In this document: one piece after another, positions 10,346 through 21,744 of the stretch
How the letters are laid out: the number at the start of each line of letters is the position of its first letter
Numbering within the stretch: position 1 is the first letter of the stretch
NCBI RefSeq assembly: GCF_022045235.1
Contig: NW_027266330.1
Span: 31,682,001 to 31,746,000 of the forward strand
Direction: 5' to 3'
From: Haliotis cracherodii
Lineage: Eukaryota
Length of the DNA: 64,000 nt
Notes under the pieces: generated by a model
The model's database searches: none
What the model was told of the DNA's origin: nothing
Seen by the model: only the letters and a program-made list of their open reading frames with translations
Program-made: the position numbers and the translations under genes

Positions 10346-11982
10346 ATCTCACAATACCAAGCCTTCGATCATTTTACTTGGTTCTGAGTATGGCAATCAT
10401 TCGCAGATATCGCCCTTAATCTATTCTTTGAAATAGGAAAAAGATACAGACTAATCAATTGAAATGAAACACATTTGGACATTAGGTATTGATGGAGAAG
10501 AAGTGATTCCAATGTAATGGTTGCACAATAACATTAAATACAGTTTGGAGCGTTGCAATTCGTTTGCCCGTATCCATGCCGATCCTATAGCAAAAGGATT
10601 TAGACAGACGAACCACAACCCCATATGATATTGATCTTAGAGACATATATGTCAGGTTGTATTTCATATTATCAGAGCATTTAATTGTTTCTCTTTCCTT
10701 TTGCAATGTACATACCCAAGTGCTTAAGGAGATAGTCATGCATGTTAAAAATTGTCAATGCACACAGCATGCAAGACAAAAGGAAATTGAAACATTGACA
10801 TCAACACAGGCCAAATAACATTTCTGATCCAAGTCAGCACTTGATGAATACTATTCCCCTGAAAGCACGAAAAAGTAAAGATCAGAATATCCTGACATGA
10901 AACAGTGGGCATCTTTCAAAAACAATGCTAAAACCGTGCTTATGTTTATCTAGCAACATACTCCAATTTACATCATGTGCTTTAACAGCATTCTGTATTC
11001 AAAGATATAAATCATGACACCGTGCTTTGTAATTCTCCCAAACACATGACAGTTATACACTGAAGATGATGTCTCTAGATCATTTAACACACATAAACTT
11101 TATTGTACATGCCTATTTATTTATTTATTTATATAGTAAGCTTTTAAGTACCCGACGTCCACCCAAAAGCTTTTAAGATGGTTAATATCCAGATACTTAA
11201 GCCAAATGAGCTGCTTCAATTATACCATGAGGATGGTATTCATCAAAAATAGTATTTGAAATGCTTCAAAACATACGTAAGACTGGTTGGGGAAATGGTC
11301 AGTTTAACATAGCATTCACGACCTCAAACAGATGTGTACAATAAGTTCTAGATTTGACTGTACATTTATTCACTTTGCCTTTGCCTACCACAGTAAGGAT
11401 TTTTTAGGATTGTGGACATGGTTTTCTGGGCTTTTTTAATTGAAACTAAACGTTCAGAGAAGCATCAGACGATTTCCAATCTGATAGAAGTTTCTGTGAC
11501 TTGGTTTCTGTGGATGCGAAAGTAACCACATCGGATTTTTAAGTAACACAATGTACTGCACCGTTTGATCAATCCCGATTTAATCAATTAACAATGATTG
11601 ATAATCCCTGCAGATAACAGGACTAGATTGGTTGAACTCTTCTCAGACCTCTCCCTTTATACGGAAACTTGTTTTGACAAGAAGTTGATTGGTTTCTCAA
11701 GTGGACAGTGAGATTCCTTTCGGATCAAAGCCGAATGAAGTTGCAGTGTAGCTTTGATCTCGCCACTGGCTTCGAAAATGCTCTCTTTGATCTATAAATC
11801 TCTACTACTATGTTTATACTAAGGGTAAGTATAAATGTTTTGCAAGGACTGGAGTCCTTCACTTCATCTCAATCCGTGAGAACGAACCCATCTACTTTCC
11901 AATTATCTAAATTTGGCGCTACTGAATTCCTGTAGTATTACATCCGACTGCATTCTAGTGTTGTGTCCGAAGGCCCTAGAAA

Positions 11983-12604
11983 ATGGATCCAGTTCAAGTT
12001 GCCATCAAGCTGAGACGACTCCTTATTGCCCACGACAATGCAGTGAAAGAGATCCTGACATTAGGTAAATATGAACTGTGCTCTTTTTCAGTCCCCTGCA
12101 AACATTGCAATATCGGTATCACACTGAATTTTAGAATTGAACAAAATAAAATGATATTGTTGTGAACACATTTACCGAGATTTCTAATTACCCGTTTTAT
12201 TGTTTTCAGATACCCAAGTCTACCATCTGATGCAGAAGATGACAGCTAACTCCTCCAACAACTGCATAATCCGAGGTGAACAGCTGATCCAGAGACGATG
12301 GGTGCTGGAAGGTGTCAAGGAGATGTTTACCATCTACAGACAACTCAAGTGGCAAGAGGTGCAAGCCTGTGTAAACGCCATCACCAAAGATGCTTCTGGA
12401 GAGAGTGATTCGGAGGCGGACTGGAATGCAGATACCTCTTTCAATGACGATGAAGCTTCCTTCACGGAACTCTTGTCCGACAGCTCATATAGTGAGGACG
12501 ACGAAGACCAGGGAGACCTATACAGCAACGACAGCAGCTACGATATGACGACTCTCAGTCGAGCTTTGTCTGTAGACGACAGTGCACTTCATAGAAACGC
12601 CTAA
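11983..12604 (+). CDS. Array gene copy 4, join(11983..12064,12210..12604)
   Basis: Same structure, intact. Confidence 0.85.
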
Positions 12605-14514
12605 GAGAAATCACAAGTCCCATCCACATCAACTAGTGCTGCATTTACCTTGTTATTCATTTTTTGTTATTGTACACAAATGTTGCCTGACAGTGTGCAA
12701 AGGGCATCCTATTATATTGTAAACCACATTTGTTTGTTGATGAATATGCTGAGGAAATAAATAATGAAGTCGATATTATAATCTTGATCATTTGCTGACA
12801 CGCTCACGACATCTTGAAGACATCATTCGTATAGAAAGTTTGTGAGAGAGAGAAAAAAAGGTTAATTTGAGATGGTATCTCACAATACCAAGCCTTCGAT
12901 CATTTTACTTGGTTCTGAGTATGGCAATCATTCGCAGATATCGTCCTTAATCTATTCTTTGAAATAGGAAAAGATACAGACTAATCAATTGAAATGAAAC
13001 ACATTAGGTATTGATGGAGAAGAAGAGATTCCAATGTAATGGTTGCACCATAACATTAAATACAGTTTGGAGTGTTGCAATTCGTTTGCCCGTATCCATG
13101 CCGATCCTATAGCAAAAGGATTTAGACAGACGAACCACAACCCCATATGATATTCATCTGAGAGAGATATATGCCAGGTTGTATTTCATATTATCAGAGC
13201 ATTTAATTGTTTCTCTTTCTTTTTGCAATGTACATGCCCAAGTGCTTAAGGAGAGAGTCATACATGTTAAAAAGTGTCAATGCACACAGCATGCAAAACA
13301 AAAGGAAATTGAAACATTGACATCAACACAGGCCAAATAACAGTTTTGATCCAAGTCAGCACTTGATGAATACTATTCCCCTGAAAGCACTAAAAAGTAA
13401 AGATCAGAATATCCTGACATGAAACAGTGGGCATCTTTCAAAAACAATGCTAACAACGTGCTTATGTTTATCTAGCAACATACTCCAATTTCCATCATGT
13501 GCTTTAACAGCATTCTGTATTCAAAGATATAAATCATGACACAGTGCTTTGTAATTCTCCCCAAAACATGACAGTTATACACTGAAGATGATGTCTCTAG
13601 ATCATTTAACACACATAAACTTTATTGTACATGCCTATTTATTTATATAGTAACCTTTTAAGTACCCGACGTCCACCCAAAAGCTTCTAAGATGGTAAAT
13701 ATCCAGATACTTAAGCCAAATGAGCTGCTTCAATTATACCATGATGATGGTATTCATCAAAAATAGTATTTGAAATGCTTCAAAACATACGTGCTGTATT
13801 TCGATCATTTAAGACGGGTTGGGAAAATGCTCAGATTAACATAGCATTTACGACCTCCAACAGATGTGTACAATAAGTTCCAGATTTGACTGTACATGTA
13901 TTCACTTTGCCTTTGCCTACCTGATTAAGGATTTTTTAGGATTGTGGACATGGTTTTCTCGGCTTTTTTAATTGAAACTAAACGTTCAGAGAAGCATCAG
14001 GCGATTTCCAAGCTGATAGAAGTTACTGTGACTTGGTTTCTGTGGAAGCGACAGTAACCACATCGGATTTTTAAGTAATACAATGTACTGCACCGTTTGA
14101 TCAATCACGATTTAATCAATTAACAATGATTGATAATCCCTGCAGATAACAGGACTAGATTGGTTGAACTCTTCTCAGACCTCTCCCTTTATACGGAAAC
14201 TTGTTTTGACAAGAAGTTGATTGGTTTCTCAAGTGGACAGTGAGATTCCTTTCGGATCAAAGCCGAATGAAGTTGCAGTGTAGCTTTGATCTCGCCACTG
14301 GCTTCGAAAATGCTCTCTTTGATCTATAAATCTCTACTACTATGTTTATACTAAGGGTCAGTATAAATGTTTTGCAAGGACTGGAGTCCTTCACTGCATC
14401 TCAATCCGTGAGAACGAACACATCTACTTTCCAATTATCTAAATTTGGCGCTACTGAATTCCTGTAGTATTACATCCGACTGCATTCTAGTGTTGTGTCC
14501 GAAGGCCCTAGAAA

Positions 14515-15136
14515 ATGGATCCAGTTCAAGTTGCCATCAAGCTGAGACGACTCCTTATTGCCCACGACAATGCAGTGAAAGAGATCCTGACATTAGGTAA
14601 ATATGAACTGTGCTCTTTTTCAGTCCCCTGCAAACATTGCAATATCGGTATCACACTGAATTTTAGAATTGAACAAAATAAAATGATATTGTTGTGAACA
14701 CATTTACCGAGATTTCTAATTACCCGTTTTATTGTTTTCAGATACCCAAGTCTACCATCTGATGCAGAAGATGACAGCCAACTCCTCCAACAACTGCATA
14801 ATCCGAGGTGAACAGCTGATCCAGAGACGATGGGTGCTGGAAGGTGTCAAGGAGATGTTTACCATCTACAGACAACTCAAGTGGCAAGAGGTGCAAGCCT
14901 GTGTAAACGCCATCACCAAAGATGCTTCTGGAGAGAGTGATTCGGAGGCGGACTGGAATGCAGATACCTCTTTCAATGACGATGAAGCTTCCTTCACGGA
15001 ACTCTTGTCCGACAGCTCATATAGTGAGGACGACGAAGACCAGGGAGACCTATACAGCAACGACAGCAGCTACGATATGACGACTCTCAGTCGAGCTTTG
15101 TCTGTAGACGACAGTGCACTTCATAGAAACGCCTAA
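14515..15136 (+). CDS. Array gene copy 5, join(14515..14596,14742..15136)
   Basis: Same structure, intact. Confidence 0.85.
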
Positions 15137-17046
15137 GAGAAATCACAAGTCCCATCCACATCAACTAGTGCTGCATTTACCTTGTTATTCATTTTTTGTT
15201 ATTGTACACAAATGTTGCCTGACAGTGTGCAAAGGGCATCCTATTATATTGTAAACCACATTTGTTTGTTGATGAATATGCTGAGGAAATAAATAATGAC
15301 GTCGATATTATAATCTTGATCATTTGCTGACACGCTCACGACATCTTGAAGACATCATTCGTATAGAAAGTTTGTGAGAGAGAGAAAAAAAGGTTAATTT
15401 GAGATGGTATCTCACAATACCAAGCCTTCGATCATTTTACTTGGTTCTGAGTATGGCAATCATTCGCAGATATCGTCCTTAATCTATTCTTTGAAATAGG
15501 AAAAGATACAGACTAATCAATTGAAATGAAACACATTAGGTATTGATGGAGAAGAAGAGATTCCAATGTAATGGTTGCACCATAACATTAAATACAGTTT
15601 GGAGTGTTGCAATTCGTTTGCCCGTATCCATGCCGATCCTATAGCAAAAGGATTTAGACAGACGAACCACAACCCCATATGATATTCATCTGAGAGAGAT
15701 ATATGCCAGGTTGTATTTCATATTATCAGAGCATTTAATTGTTTCTCTTTCTTTTTGCAATGTACATGCCCAAGTGCTTAAGGAGAGAGTCATGCATGTT
15801 AAAAAGTGTCAATGCACACAGCATGCAAAACAAAAGGAAATTGAAACATTGACATCAACACAGGCCAAATAACATTTTTGATCCAAGTCAGCACTTGATG
15901 AATACTATTCCCCTGAAAGCAATAAAAAGTAAAGATCAGAATATCCTGACATGAAACAGTGGGCATCTTTCAAAAACAATGCTAACAACGTGCTTATGTT
16001 TATCTAGCAACATACTCCAATTTCCATCATGTGCTTTAACAGCATTCTGTATTCAAAGATATAAATCATGACACAGTGCTTTGTAATTCTCCCCAAAACA
16101 TGACAGTTATACACTGAAGATGATGTCTCTAGATCATTTAACACACATAAACTTTATTGTACATGCCTATTTATTTATATAGTAACCTTTTAAGTACCCG
16201 ACGTCCACCCAAAAGCTTCTAAGATGGTAAATATCCAGATACTTAAGCCAAATGAGCTGCTTCAATTATACCATGATGATGGTATTCATCAAAAATAGTA
16301 TTTGAAATGCTTCAAAACATACGTGCTGTATTTCGATCATGTAAGACTGGTTGGGAAAATGCTCAGATTAACATAGCATTTACGACCTCCAACAGATGTG
16401 TACAATAAGTTCCAGATTTGACTGTACATGTATTCACTTTGCCTTTGCCTACCTGATTAAGGATTTTTTAGGATTGTGGACATGGTTTTCTCGGCTTTTT
16501 TAATTGAAACTAAACGTTCAGAGAAGCATCAGGCGATTTCCAAGCTGATAGAAGTTACTGTGACTTGGTTTCTGTGGAAGCGACAGTAACCACATCGGAT
16601 TTTTAAGTAATACAATGTACTGCACCGTTTGATCAATCCCGATTTAATCAATTAACAATGATTGATAATCCCTGGAGATAACAGGACTAGATTGGTTGAA
16701 CTCTTCTCAGACCTGTCCCTTTATACGGAAACTTGTTTTGACAAGAAGTTGATTGGTTTCTCAAGTGGACAGTGAGATTCCTTTCGGATCAAAGCCGAAT
16801 GAAGTTGCAGTGTAGCTTTGATCTCGCCACTGGCTTCGAAAATGCTCTCTTTGATCTATAAATCTCTACTACTATGTTTATACTAAGGGTAAGTATAAAT
16901 GTTTTGCACGGACTGGAGTCCTTCACTGCATCTCAATCCGTGAGAACGAACACATCTACTTTCCAATTATCTAAATTTGGCGCTACTGAATTCCTGTAGT
17001 ATTACATCCGACTGCATTCTAGTGTTGTGTCCGAAGGCCCTAGAAA

Positions 17047-17668
17047 ATGGATCCAGTTCAAGTTGCCATCAAGCTGAGACGACTCCTTATTGCCCACGAC
17101 AATGCAGTGAAAGAGATCCTGACATTAGGTAAATATGAACTGTGCTCTTTTTCAGTCCCCTGCAAACATGGCAATATCGGTATCACACTGAATTTTAGAA
17201 TTGAACAAAATAAAATGATATTGTTGTGAACACATTTACCGAGATTTCTAATTACCCGTTTTATTGTTTTCAGATACCCAAGTCTACTATCTGATGCGGA
17301 AGATGACAGCCAACTCCTCCAACAACTGCATAATCCGAGGTGAACAGCTGATCCAGAGACGATGGGTGCTGGAAGGTGTCAAGGAGATGTTTACCATCTA
17401 CAGACAACTCAAGTGGCAAGAGGTGCAAGCCTGTGTAAACGCCATCACCAAAGATGCTTCTGGAGAGAGTGACTCGGAGGCGGACTGGAATGCAGATACC
17501 TCTTTCAATGACGATGAAGCTTCCTTCACGGAACTCCTGTCCGACAGCTCATGTAGTGAGGACGACGAAGACCAGGGAGACCTATACAGCAACGACAGCA
17601 GCTACGATATGACGACTCTCAGTCGAGCTTTGTCTGTAGACGACAGTGCACTTCATAGAAACGCCTAA
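17047..17668 (+). CDS. Array gene copy 6, join(17047..17128,17274..17668)
   Basis: Same structure, intact. Confidence 0.85.
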
Positions 17669-19462
17669 GGGAAATCACAAGTCCCATCCACATCAACTAG
17701 TGCTGCATTTACCTTGTTATTCATTTTTTGTTATTGTACACAAATGTTGCCTGACAGTGTGCAAAGGGCATCCTATTATATTGTAAACCACATTTGTTTG
17801 TTGATGAATATGCTGAGGAAATAAATAATGAAGTCGATATTATAATCTTGATCATTTGCTGACACGCTCACGACATCTTGAAGACATCATTCGCATAGAA
17901 AGTTTGTGAGAGACAGAGAGAGAGAGAGAGAGAAAAGGTTAATTTGAGATGGTATCTCACAATACCAAGCCTTCCATCATTTTACTTGGTTCTGAGTATG
18001 GCAATCATTCGAAGATATCGTCCTTAATCTATTCTTTGAAATAGGAAAAGATACAGACTAATCAATTGAAATGAAACACATTAGGTATTGATGGAGAAGA
18101 AGAGATTCCAAGGTAATGGTTGCACCATAACATTAAATACAGTTTGGAGCGTTGCAATTCGTTTGCCCGTATCCATGCCGATCCTATAGCAAAAGGATTT
18201 AGACAGACGAACCACAACCCCATATGATATTCATCTGAGAGAGATATATGCCAGGTTGTATTTCATATTATCAGAGCATTTAATTGTTTCTCTTTCTTTT
18301 TGCAATGTACATGCCCAAGTGCTTAAGGAGAGAGTCATGCATGTTAAAAAGTGTCAATGCACACAACATGCAAAACAAAAGGAAATTGAAACATTGACAT
18401 CAACACAGGCCAAATAACATTTTTGATCCAAGTCAGCACTTGATGAATACTATTCCCCTGAAAGCACTAAAAAGTAAAGATCAGAATATCCTGACATGAA
18501 ACAGTGGGATTCTTTCAAAAACAATGCTAACAACGTGCTTATGTTTATCTAGCAACATACTCCAATTTCCATCATGTGCTTTAACAGCATTCTGTATTCA
18601 AAGATATAAATCATGACACAGTGCTTTGTAATTCTCCCCAAAACATGACAGTTATACACTGAAGATGATGTCTCTAGATCATTTAACACACATAAACTTT
18701 ATTGTACATGCCTATTTATTTATATAGTAACCTTTTAAGTACCCGACGTCCACCCAAAAGCTTCTAAGATGGTAAATATCCAGATACTTAAGCCAAATGA
18801 GCTGCTTCAATTATACCATGATGATGGTATTCATCAAAAATAGTATTTGAAATGCTTCAAAACATACGTGCTGTATTTCGATCATGTAAGACGGGTTGGG
18901 AAAATGCTCAGATTAACATAGCATTTACGACCTCCAACAGATGTGTACAATAAGTTCCAGATTTGACTGTACATGTATTCACTTTGCCTTTGCCTACCTG
19001 ATTAAGGATTTTTTAGGATTGTGGACATGGTTTTCTCGGCTTTTTTAATTGAAACTAAACGTTCAGAGAAGCATGCATCAGACGATTTCCAAGCTGATAG
19101 AAGTTTCTGTGACTTGGTTTCTGTGGAAGCGAAAGTAACCACATCGGATTTTTAAGTAATACAATGTACTGCACCGTTTGATCAATCCCGATTTAATCAA
19201 TTAACAATGATTGATAATCCCTGGAGATAACAGGACTAGATTGGTTGAACTCTTCTCAGACCTGTCCCTTTATACGGAAACTTGTTTTGACAAGAAGTTG
19301 ATTGGTTTCTCAAGTGGACAGTGAGATTCCTTTCGGATCAAAGCCGAATGAAGTTGCAGTGTAGCTTTGATCTCGCCACTGGCTTCGAAAATGCTCTCTT
19401 TGATCTATAAATCTCTACTACTATGTTTATACTAAGGGTAAGTATAAATGTTTTGCAAGGAC

Positions 19463-19473
19463 TGGAGTCCTTC
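19463..19473 (+). repeat. 5' TSD of LINE copy B, TGGAGTCCTTC (partner 25801-25811)
   Basis: 11-bp direct repeat flanking the element. Confidence 0.95.
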
Positions 19474-20099
19474 GCAGTTTGTACTCCCAGCGAGCAACAC
19501 TTCCCAAGCCAGCACAGAGCATTGCCTGATAGCCAGCCAAGGAAACTCCATCATCGGTAATTATCACGTTATCCTTATTCACATACTCTTAAAATCACTC
19601 TCACCGAATTAATCATAAAACCCCTAAATCCTTAAAAAACAACAACACTAAATAACCAACACCTTATCCTACCCAATCTCCCTAACACAGCTCGCACTCA
19701 TTTCTACTCACACCCACGCCCACCACTCAAATACACCCTTTGACCCAACTCCTAAAAGCAAAAAACACCTAATCCCCCCTTCTCCTAAACACAACGCTCG
19801 CTCTTTCCTACTCACCACCCACGCCCACCACTCACATACCTCCACTCCTTCGACTAAATATCTCTTAATCCCCGCTTTCCACTTGTCTCACCTTATCCCA
19901 GCCTTCCAGAATCAAACTTAATCTTCAATAAATAATCCATTTCCCAAACCCTCCTACTAAAACCAACAACAAATAACCACCGCAACCTCCTCCGCCTCCT
20001 AAACACAAATCACCAAGTAAAAACAACAAACCAACTCACCTCCCCAAAACCACCACCACTCACCACAACACACGCTCTCCAACACAACACCCAAACAAT

Positions 20100-21725
20100 A
20101 TGACTGACACCCGCAACGCCACACTCGCAGACATTCCAGCTCCTTACTCACCCACGCCTGCGGAAGCGCACAACACTTCTGGGAGGTCACTCGAAAACAT
20201 CGTCCCGACCGAGTATGGCGAAAACACGACATACACCACCCCAACCAAACCAGCTAACTCGCCACCACAAAACACCAAAAAACGCAAACTCGACACATCC
20301 ACTCCACCTCCATCGCCAACACCCTCCCCGGCCGCCTTCCTCACCACCTTCGCCCTCTACTTCTTCTCAGCAGGCTCAGGCACCACTCTCTCACTAGAAC
20401 TTTCGGCAGACAAAATAGGACTTTGGTTCAAAAGACAAAAAATAAATTACAACAATATTAAAAAAGCCAACAAAGGATACCAGATAATCTTTCCTAACCG
20501 AGAATCTTACAACGCAGCAAATAAAATAACTCAAATATTCCACGTCACGGTAATCAAACAAACACCTAATTGGCAACAATATACACGAGGCGTAATAAGG
20601 GTTAACCCAAGGGAAACAACTGAGGACTTACAATTATACTCTCTAGAAGCTAACATAAACCAAGACCAAAACCCTCAACCCCTAATCACCAGCACGCGCA
20701 GAATAACCTCAACTAGAAACGGAAAAACGGTCCCAACCTCCATTGTCATAATCTACTTTAAAAAAACCGCTAAATTCCCTGAAGCCCCCAAACACATATC
20801 CTTCGGAGCCCACACAAACTTAGAAGTCAAACCCTATATAAAGCAGGTTAAGCAATGTTCAAAGTGCCTCAAATACAACCACACTGCTTCCCAATGCACC
20901 TACCCTAAAACTAAATGTAAAAAATGCGCACAAACAGACTGCCCAGGCACATGCACACCCTGGTGCATCCACTGCAAATCCACCCAACACACTTCACTTT
21001 CAAACCAATGCCCACACAGACACACACTCACCCAGCAGGCCAACAAACACATAAACATAGAAACGGCTAAAATCCAAACACGAAAATTTGCTACACCTGC
21101 ATCTAAACCACTCCTCCCTACACCACACCCAAACACCATCCCACAAACAAACAGCACACCCATAACCGACAGCTCTGTCTGGGACCCCTACCGAGAAACC
21201 GCACCCACCTCACACACACAAGCAGCCACTCAACCAACCACGAACCCTCCCAAAACATCAACCCCCGCATGCAAAACAAACCTCAAAATGACCACCACAA
21301 CACGACCCTCATCCAAGCACCCTACAGCCCATATGGCAACAACGCTCTCCCACAAGCAAGCACAACAACAAAACACAAACACTAAGAAAACATCAGCTAC
21401 ACCCATCCCGCCAACACCTTCACAACCCTCCACATCACATGCCTCCCCCATGGAAACTCAACCAGCTAAACCTAATCCAACCCATGACGAAGATTTCTCC
21501 ACTACTGAGGAAACAATAGACACTACTCCAACTAAAACAAACCAAACTTCCCAACCAGCCAACACCCCAAACCTAAATAACCTCACCTTACTCCTAGCAT
21601 ATATGCATAGTCAAAACTCACCAAAAGCTAGTATGGAATCCTTCCACAAAGTAGCTTTCAATCTAAAATTAACCGATCTTCCCTTCTTCCTCTTTAACCT
21701 CCATCTAAAAGAACTCACCGAATAA
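20100..21725 (+). CDS. Copy B ORF1, gag-like nucleic-acid-binding protein (541 aa)
   Basis: Zinc-knuckle cluster CSKCLKYNHTASQC / CKKC..DCPGTC / CIHCKSTQHTSLSNQC preceded by VKPYI; KKRK NLS-like motif; T/P/S-rich tail. Confidence 0.9.
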   Translation: MTDTRNATLADIPAPYSPTPAEAHNTSGRSLENIVPTEYGENTTYTTPTKPANSPPQNTKKRKLDTSTPPPSPTPSPAAFLTTFALYFFSAGSGTTLSLELSADKIGLWFKRQKINYNNIKKANKGYQIIFPNRESYNAANKITQIFHVTVIKQTPNWQQYTRGVIRVNPRETTEDLQLYSLEANINQDQNPQPLITSTRRITSTRNGKTVPTSIVIIYFKKTAKFPEAPKHISFGAHTNLEVKPYIKQVKQCSKCLKYNHTASQCTYPKTKCKKCAQTDCPGTCTPWCIHCKSTQHTSLSNQCPHRHTLTQQANKHINIETAKIQTRKFATPASKPLLPTPHPNTIPQTNSTPITDSSVWDPYRETAPTSHTQAATQPTTNPPKTSTPACKTNLKMTTTTRPSSKHPTAHMATTLSHKQAQQQNTNTKKTSATPIPPTPSQPSTSHASPMETQPAKPNPTHDEDFSTTEETIDTTPTKTNQTSQPANTPNLNNLTLLLAYMHSQNSPKASMESFHKVAFNLKLTDLPFFLFNLHLKELTE

Positions 21726-21744
21726 AATAAAAACTAAAAACTAA

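Noticed and set aside
10104-10436. ORFs containing X runs
   Set aside because: Artefacts of the N gap
19474-19474. Untemplated G from reverse transcription of the cap
   Set aside because: The G is templated: other copies read CAGTT-GCAGTTTG, so copy B is simply 5 nt shorter
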